A DNA stretch of 32,000 nt from Amoeboradix gromovi X-113. Its lineage: Eukaryota; Fungi; Sanchytriomycota. Below, piece after piece: positions 10,901-20,978 of the stretch (positions are counted from its first letter, which is position 1; each line of letters opens with the position of its first letter). A program made the position numbers and the translations under genes. The DNA is taken from the NCBI GenBank assembly GCA_018985225.1, contig JADGIF010000012.1:10896-42895 (forward strand), given 5' to 3'. A model generated the notes under the pieces. The model saw only the letters and a list, made by a program, of their open reading frames with translations, made no database searches and was not told the DNA's origin.

Positions 10901-12061
10901 ACAAAACATGAAAGAACAATTAAACATGGACTCTAATGCTAGCGCGATAGAGGGAACAGTTAGAATTTGCACTCCGATTTCATTCAAAGTGTCATACGGC
11001 TCTCTTTCTTTGAATAAAACATCCCATAAGATCAAAGGATATAACTTGAAATATTGAATGGCAAATGTATCTCTACGATTTGTTATAGGCACTTGGAGTT
11101 TATAGTTACTTATATTGTTGAATTTACCAATTATTCTGTCATCTATTACTTCTGTGAGAGTATTAGTAAAGCAGAATGATTTCATAATTAACTCATTCAA
11201 TAACTTACGGAACTTCTTCCAGGTTTTGCGGTGATAATACATAACATAATCTATACGGTAGTGGCAGAATGACTTGGACTTGAGATCTGGCAGCAAATCA
11301 AGAACCGAATCTGGAAGTTGATAACAAGTGGGAGTTAATCTACCCTTATACACACCATTAAATGTAGAATCGTCTTCGCCGTCGCTGTCCTGGTCTACTA
11401 TTCTTAATAGTCTGCTAATTCTGCCAGAGAACGTAGATGGATTAACTAAAGCAGGGGAATCTACAGCAACTTTGTTCGAGTGATCTAGAGCTGGAGTAGG
11501 ATGGTATAAGGGGTCTAATTGGACATACCTAAGATCAGGATCAATATTGTCTAATCGAGTGTGCCATGCCTTCAATAGTTCCTGACAAAGTATCATTTCC
11601 ATGATATTCTGTAAGTCATTAGGTCTATTATACTCGCCCAAGACCAGATCATACACGAACTCCATTAGTTCATAAGCTTTTGTCTGTTGATGAATAAATG
11701 ACTCTTGCAAGACAATAACATGCAAACCTATGGTTTTGATTTTATTAGCTATTTCGATACACTCTGATTTCTTTCCCGTAAATATGATATCCATGCCGTT
11801 GTTATCAATATTGTTCGCAATTCGGAATCCACGCTCTTCACTCTCACCTAATGCACTTGATACAGTGTTGATAACCTGGTCATAATTATGTATTTCATCA
11901 TTATACAGAATACTGCAATAAACACCGTCATCTTCGGTTGTTTCTATAATGCTGGTATCAAATGGCATATGATGGAACGTGTCAATAAAAAAATCAAAGA
12001 CATTGGCAATAACCACTCGTAATTGATCTTGTTGTGACTTCATGAGAACATCATGCGACAT
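7984..12061 (-). CDS. UBR1: UBR1-like N-recognin E3 ubiquitin ligase (exons 12061-8324 and 8304-7984)
   Basis: ClpS-like N-domain (ILYNDEIHNYDQVI), RING-H2 (CCYC...GCHVVHFRC...CPICRSLSN) and C-terminal Cys-rich domain (CRNC..VPSQPALCLICG..CFQ|GQCC...H...C...GAYLLI...PY....E.DEGLIRGKPL). The last domain is completed only after removing a 19-nt intron. Confidence 0.9.
8305..8323 (-). other. 19-nt spliceosomal intron in UBR1
   Basis: GTATTTGATATTAATTTAG; removal joins ORF 8276-12061 to the frame of ORF 7984-8235 and restores CFQGQCC. Confidence 0.9.
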
Positions 12062-12385
12062 GGAGAATCGGAAGAAAATCCTTGTTTAACGCAGAGAAAT
12101 CAAATTATTAAGCCAACAGCAATATCATCTCTTTCTTCTGAACGGTCAACTAAAACGGGTTGCTAAACTAAAAATCCTTTAAAAATTTCATTTGCCATGA
12201 AGCAGAGAAAATAGGAAAAGTACATTCAATTAAAATTAACACTGCTATGAAAAAATACCTTCAAGTTGTCTTTCCCCTTCAGCTCACACCATTTGGGTTG
12301 GAAAGCATAATGACATTCTCGAGGGAGTGGAAGATCTAATCTATAATGAGATGTTTTTGCGGTCTAAAGAAGGAGAGATTAGTAT

Positions 12386-14337
12386 TTACTGTTTTAAGCC
12401 CAAATGCTTTAAAAAAGCCTCGCTATTAGGTTCTCTCTTTAAAAACTTCTTAATTAGTTCCATTGGTTCAACACTTCCTCCAGGTCTAAGAATCATATCA
12501 CGATACGTCTTACCCACACTCATATCATTAAACTCTGAGTATATATCAGATGCGTATACCAGTGACCACATATACCCATAATATGCCTATATTAGTATTG
12601 AATTACACTTTGATAGCCTCCCATGATGTGGTTGAATGTAGATTGACCATTGGTTCCAGGGTGGTTTGGCAACAGAGTAATCTCTTCCCTTAGCTTTGAA
12701 TACAATGCACCTGTATCTTTTACAACTGAGCTACTGGAATGCAGAGTCATATCATATGTAGCAAAGAATATTTGGCGTAAGTTGAACAACGACGCATTCA
12801 CGTTTCTAGCTTTAACTATCTGGGTTATTAAAGAGTCTGGCAACGGTTCATTAGTAGCCAAGTGTTTACTCAGTTTGGTCAAGACATTTGGCTGATAAAT
12901 GAAGTTTTCTAGCATTTGCGAAGGGCATTCTACAAAATCCCAAGCAGTATTAGTACCTTGCTGATCACTGTATTTGGTAACACTGCATAATACATGGAAC
13001 ACGTGTCCCAGTTCATGAGCAAGTGTCACCACTTCGTCATGTTTTAGTAAGCTGGGCTCTGTCTTAGTAGGCTTTGTAAAATTGGCAACCAGAGCGGCTA
13101 AAGATGGCTGATATTTGTCACCAACTAAGCATGCGGGTTGCAATTGGAAACAAGCAGCGTGGCTATATTTGTTATCTCGTGGATAGAGGTCAACGTAAAA
13201 ATGACCATAGAGTTCATCTGTAGACGCATCATTAACCTTATATACCAAGACGTCAGGGTGCCATGTTTCTCCATTGGTTTGCACAATGCTCAAGTCAAAT
13301 AAATCAGCATAAAACTGCAACAATTGTTTTAATACATGTTGCACAGGAAAATACTGCTGAATCTCGGTCTCATTCACTTGATACTCATTGATTTTCAGCA
13401 TGTTGTGATAGTATCTAAAGTCCCATGGCTGCAATTTACCTTGTTTTAATGATTCTAATTTCTTCAAATCTATTTTACCATACGGTAGCAGTTGAGATTT
13501 CAAATCGTTCAGGAATGACCACACAGTCTCAGGATTCTTTGCCATTCTGTCTTGCAACTGCAAATTAGAAAATGTTGGATATCCTAGCAGTTTAGCCAAC
13601 TCTAACCTTTTTGCCACAGCTGTCTCTAAACGAGGAATATTGTCCAAACAACGACTATTGTAGACTAAATCAAGTCTCTTTCGTGTGTTTTCATTGCTAC
13701 ATTGATCAAACACAGGAATCACATCAGGATATTTCATTGATAAAATATATTTGCCATCATTTTTCTCTAATCGATTTAAGTAAGACTCTGACATGCCTTG
13801 CAGCTCTTCTGCAGTAAATTCAATTGTAGTTTTGTCATCGGCAACAGACTTTGAGAACTCAAGTGATAAAGTTTGTAATTCCTGTTTTAAATCCTTGACT
13901 TTGGCCCTTAATTCATCACTCAACAACAGACCGTTATTGACGAAATCGCGATGTAGATCAGTAAACAGTTTGAATTCATTCTCAGGCACTTTTTCATCTT
14001 TCGCAAATACCGGTTCAAGAATTTTGTTAACGTGTTGAAAAAGAGACTTATTTTGATATACATTCAGATTGTACTTTTGAAGGGTCTCTTGAGCATTCCT
14101 ACTCTCTAAGCGAACACCTTCGTCGGTGGAAACATGCTGACCGAATGTCACTTTACTCTGTAATGCATGAAGTTCGTTATTACTTAAAAACCATTGACGA
14201 AGAGAGTTTACATTAGGTTCAGATTTCAAAAACCTATCAGTAATAGCATCAGACTTGGCAATGAATAATTTGGTCAATGCTGGTATTTCAGTCGAAGATG
14301 GCAACGAAAACATCCTTCTAATCAGCAGAAACGACAT
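12386..14337 (-). CDS. PRD1: M3A metallo-oligopeptidase (thimet oligopeptidase/neurolysin/Prd1-like); exons 14337-12607 and 12586-12386
   Basis: DLYPRDNKYSHAA, HELGH (HEXXH), DFVECPSQMLE, and GGYQS|AYYGYMWS after intron removal. The N-terminus MSFLLIRRMFS resembles a short mitochondrial presequence with a second Met. Confidence 0.92.
12587..12606 (-). other. 20-nt spliceosomal intron in the M3 peptidase gene
   Basis: GTAATTCAATACTAATATAG with a CTAAT branch point; removal restores the family motif GGY.A/G.YYGY.WS. Confidence 0.92.
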
Positions 14338-14405
14338 GGGGTATTTATATGGGATTTTCTACGACGTAATATGTGGCATATTTTTGCAACATGATACTAA
14401 TAAGA

Positions 14406-14491
14406 CTTTAATTAAGCTCTTCCGGTAGCAGCAACCTTTTCCGTTCCCTAGAATCACCCTTACGCTTCCGGTTTGACAAGCTTAATTAAAG
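14406..14491. repeat. 13-bp perfect inverted repeat enclosing 60 bp with two CTTCCGGT direct repeats
   Basis: CTTTAATTAAGCT (14406-14418) and AGCTTAATTAAAG (14479-14491); CTTCCGGT at 14419 and 14465. Confidence 0.7.
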
Positions 14492-14502
14492 GTAAATTGA
14501 AT

Positions 14503-15918
14503 TTATTGAGTCAATCTATAGTTTTTTCGTTTGCATATAGGACAACTGGCGAAACCAGACTTGTCACGATCCCAAAGATTCAAGCATCCTCTATGGAACG
14601 GTCCATGCTGACATAATGTCATTTCCAGTTTCAGAGGCTCTATTTTGTCATAGCATATTAAACACTCTTTTTCGTTGGCATGCTTAAATCTTTCTACACA
14701 TTTGTGACTGCTTTCCAAAGTTTTAACCACTTGATTTGTTATGGAAGAATCTAAGCTGTTTGCCGCTAACACTGCCAATTCCAGTTCGCAATATGTTAGT
14801 GCTAGCCGTAGTAGCTCCTTGGCTTCGACTTGTAACGTAAATGGGTTCCCATCATTAATCTTACTGTTGGCCTCTATAATTAACCGCGTCTTTCTATCCT
14901 TAATATCCAGCATCATCATGAACCACTTGAGCTGGCTATATGGAATTTTGTCATCATTTAATTTCTTTTTAATAATTTCAGCGGCATTCTGATCGTTAAG
15001 CAACTTGAACACGATAGCGATTCCATCTTTGTCGTCATCTAAAAACGGTCTTTTTATGCAGTTCTCATTAAGAAGCAAGTCATTATTTTTGAATGCTATT
15101 TTACCAAGATAATACAGCAACTGAACATCATCTATGGTAGCTTGATCTCTCATATATAGGTACCATTTAGGCTTTCCTCTTATATGCAGAAACAGTTTAT
15201 CAAAATTGAAATTGAGTCTGCCGTTCAAATTGAGGTGCATTCTGTTTTCCTGAAGATCCTCCAACGTTATTATTTCCTGTAGTTTATATATAACAAGCTG
15301 GGAATGAATGTACACAACCGAAGATAGATAAAGCCAATGTGAGATGTCGCTATGCGATTCAATCAAATTGTTGCACATGTCTGCAGTAGAACTTTGATGC
15401 ACAACTTCATAGGTGCAGAAGGAATAGATAACGAAAGTTTTAAATGACAGATGCTTAGGGTCTACTGTATTTTTCAACTTGTCTAAATAAGCGTCCAGTT
15501 TGATATGTACATAGAGGTTAAAATGGCTTTCGAAATGAAAATACCGACTGCACAAATGCACAAACGGCCATAGAATAGATAGCAGTTCAAACTTGTCTTC
15601 ACACGTTGATATTCGCTTGATAAAACTTTCTATGGTATAATCCGATCTTAATTTCGGTGACTCCAAAAACTTACCCACATGAATCGGCTCAATAATTGAG
15701 TTGGACAATTTCGCGCAGTTGGTATGCTGAATTTTTGTAGTTGAATCAACAATTTCAACATAGTTTGGACAGTTTAGAAGCGCGTTATCACAGGTATTAA
15801 CGTAATAAACGAATTCTTCGAAGTTGGATTCTTTCAACTGGTAGAGCGGTTCAAAAACTAAATTCACGTCATCTGTAATGGGACACAGACTGTAAGCAGT
15901 AAACAAAAGAAGAATCAT
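14503..15918 (-). CDS. Protein with a short signal-peptide-like N-terminus and a C-terminal RING-H2 finger
   Basis: N-terminus MILLLFTAYSL; C-terminus CLIC-x13-CQHGPFHRGC-x13-CPIC; no obvious TM helix. Confidence 0.75.
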   Translation of the reverse strand: MILLLFTAYSLCPITDDVNLVFEPLYQLKESNFEEFVYYVNTCDNALLNCPNYVEIVDSTTKIQHTNCAKLSNSIIEPIHVGKFLESPKLRSDYTIESFIKRISTCEDKFELLSILWPFVHLCSRYFHFESHFNLYVHIKLDAYLDKLKNTVDPKHLSFKTFVIYSFCTYEVVHQSSTADMCNNLIESHSDISHWLYLSSVVYIHSQLVIYKLQEIITLEDLQENRMHLNLNGRLNFNFDKLFLHIRGKPKWYLYMRDQATIDDVQLLYYLGKIAFKNNDLLLNENCIKRPFLDDDKDGIAIVFKLLNDQNAAEIIKKKLNDDKIPYSQLKWFMMMLDIKDRKTRLIIEANSKINDGNPFTLQVEAKELLRLALTYCELELAVLAANSLDSSITNQVVKTLESSHKCVERFKHANEKECLICYDKIEPLKLEMTLCQHGPFHRGCLNLWDRDKSGFASCPICKRKNYRLTQ

Positions 15919-16374
15919 GTATAGCGAGACTGCTCAAAGACAATTTGCCAATTTAAATTACAAACTATCCAATTTATCCAATAAACATCGCCGCTTTTTG
16001 ACAAGCCGGAGATTGCAAAAACGACTGACAAATTAACAATGCCTCAACATGCGATAGCCAAGTGGAGGTGTCCTGTACTTATAATCTTTCCTTGCCCAAA
16101 GAACCATTACCATATTTTCTCTTCTTTACCATTCTGGTCGTTCACAATTGCTAACTAGACTTTCTATGAATTTAACAAAGATTAGCTAGAATTAAATCTC
16201 GATATAATAAATAGAGAGGATGTGCCACTTCCTGTCTAACACGGTGTCCTGGAATGCCTATTTAAGCTGTTGCAATAATTGTAACAGCTCGCTCTTGAGA
16301 AGTAAAAGAAGTTTTGACAAAGATTATTGCAGCAACCGGTGCCATGTTCAAATCTACATGATAGTACGATTTAC

Positions 16375-19300
16375 TTATAGCCTTTTGATCTCCTGCTCTA
16401 GTTCTATATACATTTTCATACTATTACCTGGTGTTCTCAGCTTTATGCTTTCATATTGTTCTTTTAATGAGATGTATCTTTGTTTTTTTCCCGTCATTTC
16501 TATTTTGTCCATTATTCCCACTAGCCCATTCCCCAGCACACTGTTCACATCTGCATTACATTTCAACACGAACTCGAGCAAATCCAATGATGCTACTATT
16601 ACACTTTCTGCACTGCTCTTTAGTATAGTGCTAGTTCCATACCACAGCGAATATTCGAATTTTAATATATCATCGAAAATTGTTGAATCTGATGATAACA
16701 CATGTGCTTGTATAAAACTAGTCAATTTGAAGAGCAAAATTAATTGCTTTAGTAGCTCCTGCTTATAGCCCTCAGACTCCCCGCTGTTAAATGCTTCCAG
16801 CACCATTTTGCACAGTTCCAAATGTTGCTTACTGATATCCCGGATGAAATGGAAAGAATGGCTTTTGAATCCACTATACAGCAGTACTATCACTGCTTTC
16901 AGCACACGCATAGTTGATATCCTACTAAGCAATATTGATGAATTATTTATTTTTATTCTGGTAGCCAAGTATCCTATTTCCATAAAATGCGGGTGTCCGC
17001 TATCGAATGCGTTCTCCATTGTTTCTTCAATGTTTACGCTAATCGACATTGTATCAGCTAACTCATCCAAATACTTCATCAACAATTTACTGTATGCCCT
17101 GTTCTGTGTGTTTTTGTTAAGTTTTGATTTAAATATTGTAGTAACTGTAAATTCGAATAGATCTATATCTACATCCTTTAAAATATCAAAGAACCCAATC
17201 ACATTCGCATTTGCGTCATCAAAGCAACACAAAAACGAGTCCAAGTTGAATCTTAAATTCTCTAATAACAGCGCACTGCAATATCCGTGTTGCTTAATCA
17301 GATATCCTATACTCATTAGAAAGTATCCTGCACAGGTGCTATTTATTCTTCTGACGCTTGATTTCTTAAGTATTTCATCAACTATTCTTGTTAACTCTAG
17401 CGGATGCTGCTGGCTGTATTGGCTCAGGGTGCTGACTTTTATGAAGGATTGAAAGTGTTCTCCTACATCAACCAAGCTGTCTATTCCATAAATTAAAAGT
17501 CTGTTGTAGAAATCTATCCTTAGCTCCTCCCAATTTAATGACTCATTCAGCAATTCCCACCTTTGCTTATTGCTGGCAATAATCTCTATATAATCAATCA
17601 GTTTGCTATCTTCAGATAGCCAAGTATATAAGTTGGATCTCATGATATCCCGTTGCAATACAAAGCAGAGTAGTATGCACGCTTGTTTAGCCAAATGGTC
17701 CTTGCTGTTTACTTTAAATCTGTCCATGCAACTATACAAGGTGTTTAACAGTTTATGAACTCCAGCTAAAAGCTCATCTTGTTGTTCAATCATGTATTGA
17801 ATAACAAACAGGATGTATTCGCAGTTCTCACCATCTACATTCCTAATGGCATCACACGCATCAATAAGTGAGTCAAAGAGCTGGGGTAACAAATCCTTGC
17901 ATTCTGATGCGTTATAATATAATCCCACATACAGGGCAGTTAGCCACTGCTTTAGTTGGAACACTCTGGATGTGTTGATACCCGTGCTATGGTAAGCAAC
18001 CAAACAGGTATTTACTGCTTTAATAAGCAACAAACATAAGTCAATTTGTAAAAGTCTTAGTTTGCTAGTAACAATACATTTAGAATGCAATATTCTAACA
18101 ATACTGTGTAGTATAGGAACGCAGTTTATGATGGAAAGCGGGCCCTGTTTAATAGCACCGTCTTTGATTACGCTGTCTAGATAACCCAAGTGAATAGATA
18201 CGCTGTGCCTTATCATCAGTATTTCGTAATCTGATAAATTAGTCGAGGGATGGATGCAGGTGCAAGCAAGTAGTTCAATAACAAGGCTAGTCAAGCTGGT
18301 ATTCTTTTCGACACTTACAATGTCCAGCAGCTTCGTGACACTAAACAACTTCATTTTAAATGACTTCATCAGGTGCAACAAAGCATTGCAAGTGGGAACT
18401 AACAAAGACTTGGCGACAACAGTGAAAATATTGTCCAATGAAGTTACCATATTGAATTTCAATTCCAATATTATTCTACCCGCGTGTCTAATAACAGGGT
18501 CGTCGTGGACTATAGACTTATAACAATATAGCAGACATCTAGTCATAATTAAAGTGTAGTCAGTGATGTAGATGTACGCGTCCATAAAATATGATATTTT
18601 GTTCAAATTACACAACCAGTCCTTTGTATTGTGAGGAAAATCCATAAGGAATATACTTGATTGATCCATTGCCAGTAGATTTGCTATTATTTTAGAATAG
18701 TCATAATCGCTTTTCAACTTGTCGAAATCTAAATGATTCCACGCATGATTCAATATGGAGTGTAAGAGTTGAGAGGAGTTGCCGGAGTTGCTAGCAATTA
18801 TCCTCGCCAGTAGGCAGAGGGCATCAGGAAGCAGCGTTTCTTGATTCGTAAAGTATTTGACTATGTACCCTACCAATTGATTAAATGATAGCAAAGCTGG
18901 TTTCCTAGATTTGCTGCTGTTTGGAGCAGTTGATAATTCAGTAGAGCAACCAAGTAGGGTAGCAAATATCTTCGCGTATATAATTTGAAATTCCAAGTCA
19001 TTTCTACTAGCTGTCAACCATTCTAATACGGGTTGGATTCTATTAAAATCAACCTGGTCCGCTACCCTAAAGTTTAGCAGGACTAATTGGCCCAGTATTA
19101 GTGTATGGCTACTGTTTAGTATTCTAGTCATTAATGATATCCATGTGGTGGACGTATTCACGCGATATTTGAAAAGGATTATATTCAGCTGAGCAGTTAA
19201 TTCAGGATCCTTGTTGACGGCTTGAAGTACTTCACCCAGAAGTCGTTTACCATGGTCATGCAAGACATAGATAAATTGGATTTTAGGGTTCTGCACAGCA

Positions 19301-20940
19301 TTTAAGAATTTGCAACAGTCAAACGACGTCTTAGTTTGCAAATGATAAACTACCTGTTGAATGGTAGTCACACTTTGTGATGATACTGGAGAAAGTGGCA
19401 TTTCAGGAGTAGGTGGCAATTCTACATTACTCGGGATTAAGTTACGATGTTTATGAATAAAATGATAAAACTCGTCATGGTATTCATTGCTAGTCGAATT
19501 TTTGAACCAGTTCAGTAGCAAAGCCAAGAATTGATTAAATATTCTGTCTGATTTAAATGCTCGAAAATGACATCGGTTTCTAATCAACCACCACCCAACA
19601 GTAAGGGTAGAAGGATTATTAGTAGCGATATTTTTATCAATAGCATTAATCAGCAATTCGTCAAGGTAATCAAAAGTTGTAAATACTGGAATTTCCAGTG
19701 GTATTATATCATCCACTACTGTAATGAAAGAAGATACTATTAATAAATCAATTACGTGTTGCTGTACAACTGTTCTCTTAATGTCCTTGAAGAAATACAT
19801 CACTTTGTTTACAGATACACTTGACTGCTCAAAGTATGTCCTGCTAATAGCGTGGTACAGGGGATATACATTGTTGTAGTCGCTGAAATAGAGTTTCTTT
19901 GTGCTTGATTCTAACCCACCGTGGTCTTTAATACCCTTTCTTAGTAAAACCAAACATTCTGGAAGCTCATTGCTTTTGTGCAATAGAATATACTGTAGTA
20001 CAAGAAGGTCTATTATAAGCATCCTCTCATTGTCATGGTATGACTCCTTGTTGTTTAACAACTTGGAGTAAACCCGATCAAAAGAGTCTAAATCAGTTAT
20101 GTTGGATCTACTTTTATCATCATAAATACAGTTTAGATGATAAGTTCCATGTAAAGATGCATACGCAGTAAACCCCCATATTATAGTATTACATATGACA
20201 CATCTACAAGCGCTATACATTGCAACTAGATGAAATTGCTGCTTCCTAGGAGTTGTGAGTGCATTGCGCTGTATTACATGATATTCCAAATTCATAACAT
20301 TTGCATATTCGTTCAAGTTATCCAATAACTCGTCAATCAATATGGATTTACGAAAATGGAAGTAGTGAGTCGATTCCGGTTGAATAACCTTTGAAATAAA
20401 CAAATCGCAGGCGCTAGATCTTACCATATCAGACTCATTGGTCATGCACTGAAGCAGTTTTAATGTACCGTCATACGTCAACAGTTTATCTACGATTCTA
20501 TCTCTAAGTATCAAAAGGTCAAAATCATCAGATTTCTGATATATAAGCATCACGGTTAACAGTTCTTCAACATGGAACTGCCAATATTCTTGTTTTTGAT
20601 GTAAAACAGTCATCAGTTTAACATGCAACCGTTTATTCATTAAGCTAAAACATTTTGTATATAAACCTATGAGATCTCCTGGTAGAAACAAGCTGAGATC
20701 TAAGATAATGGAATGAAGGTGAAATGGAGGATGGGCAGGACTAGGATCGGAATCGTCTATATGTATTACCAGGGTCTTTGCTATAGCTTCCATGATTCTG
20801 TCATTTTCAATGAAGCCTTCCATGTATACATCCAGTACTTTTCTAAACAAAACTGTAATTTCATAAATGTTGGAATCGATAGTTTCTTTTATTATGCGAT
20901 TTACAATGGATGACAAGTATTTTATTTTGTTACTGTTCAT
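16375..20940 (-). CDS. Large helical-repeat (HEAT/ARM-like) protein with a degenerate C1-like zinc finger
   Basis: 1521-aa Leu/Ile-rich ORF; QQFHLVAMYSACRCVICNTIIWG...YHLNC resembles a PKC-C1 domain with several ligands lost. Confidence 0.7.
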   Translation of the reverse strand: MNSNKIKYLSSIVNRIIKETIDSNIYEITVLFRKVLDVYMEGFIENDRIMEAIAKTLVIHIDDSDPSPAHPPFHLHSIILDLSLFLPGDLIGLYTKCFSLMNKRLHVKLMTVLHQKQEYWQFHVEELLTVMLIYQKSDDFDLLILRDRIVDKLLTYDGTLKLLQCMTNESDMVRSSACDLFISKVIQPESTHYFHFRKSILIDELLDNLNEYANVMNLEYHVIQRNALTTPRKQQFHLVAMYSACRCVICNTIIWGFTAYASLHGTYHLNCIYDDKSRSNITDLDSFDRVYSKLLNNKESYHDNERMLIIDLLVLQYILLHKSNELPECLVLLRKGIKDHGGLESSTKKLYFSDYNNVYPLYHAISRTYFEQSSVSVNKVMYFFKDIKRTVVQQHVIDLLIVSSFITVVDDIIPLEIPVFTTFDYLDELLINAIDKNIATNNPSTLTVGWWLIRNRCHFRAFKSDRIFNQFLALLLNWFKNSTSNEYHDEFYHFIHKHRNLIPSNVELPPTPEMPLSPVSSQSVTTIQQVVYHLQTKTSFDCCKFLNAVQNPKIQFIYVLHDHGKRLLGEVLQAVNKDPELTAQLNIILFKYRVNTSTTWISLMTRILNSSHTLILGQLVLLNFRVADQVDFNRIQPVLEWLTASRNDLEFQIIYAKIFATLLGCSTELSTAPNSSKSRKPALLSFNQLVGYIVKYFTNQETLLPDALCLLARIIASNSGNSSQLLHSILNHAWNHLDFDKLKSDYDYSKIIANLLAMDQSSIFLMDFPHNTKDWLCNLNKISYFMDAYIYITDYTLIMTRCLLYCYKSIVHDDPVIRHAGRIILELKFNMVTSLDNIFTVVAKSLLVPTCNALLHLMKSFKMKLFSVTKLLDIVSVEKNTSLTSLVIELLACTCIHPSTNLSDYEILMIRHSVSIHLGYLDSVIKDGAIKQGPLSIINCVPILHSIVRILHSKCIVTSKLRLLQIDLCLLLIKAVNTCLVAYHSTGINTSRVFQLKQWLTALYVGLYYNASECKDLLPQLFDSLIDACDAIRNVDGENCEYILFVIQYMIEQQDELLAGVHKLLNTLYSCMDRFKVNSKDHLAKQACILLCFVLQRDIMRSNLYTWLSEDSKLIDYIEIIASNKQRWELLNESLNWEELRIDFYNRLLIYGIDSLVDVGEHFQSFIKVSTLSQYSQQHPLELTRIVDEILKKSSVRRINSTCAGYFLMSIGYLIKQHGYCSALLLENLRFNLDSFLCCFDDANANVIGFFDILKDVDIDLFEFTVTTIFKSKLNKNTQNRAYSKLLMKYLDELADTMSISVNIEETMENAFDSGHPHFMEIGYLATRIKINNSSILLSRISTMRVLKAVIVLLYSGFKSHSFHFIRDISKQHLELCKMVLEAFNSGESEGYKQELLKQLILLFKLTSFIQAHVLSSDSTIFDDILKFEYSLWYGTSTILKSSAESVIVASLDLLEFVLKCNADVNSVLGNGLVGIMDKIEMTGKKQRYISLKEQYESIKLRTPGNSMKMYIELEQEIKRL

Positions 20941-20978
20941 GTTTTGAAAAATTAAAGTTTAAAAGAATTAAATTTACT

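Noticed and set aside
12073-12098. AGAAAATC-N11-CAGAGAA matching part of the element right end upstream of UBR1
   Set aside because: About 18/26 matches in A-rich sequence with no extension on either side and no left-end motif; may be chance.
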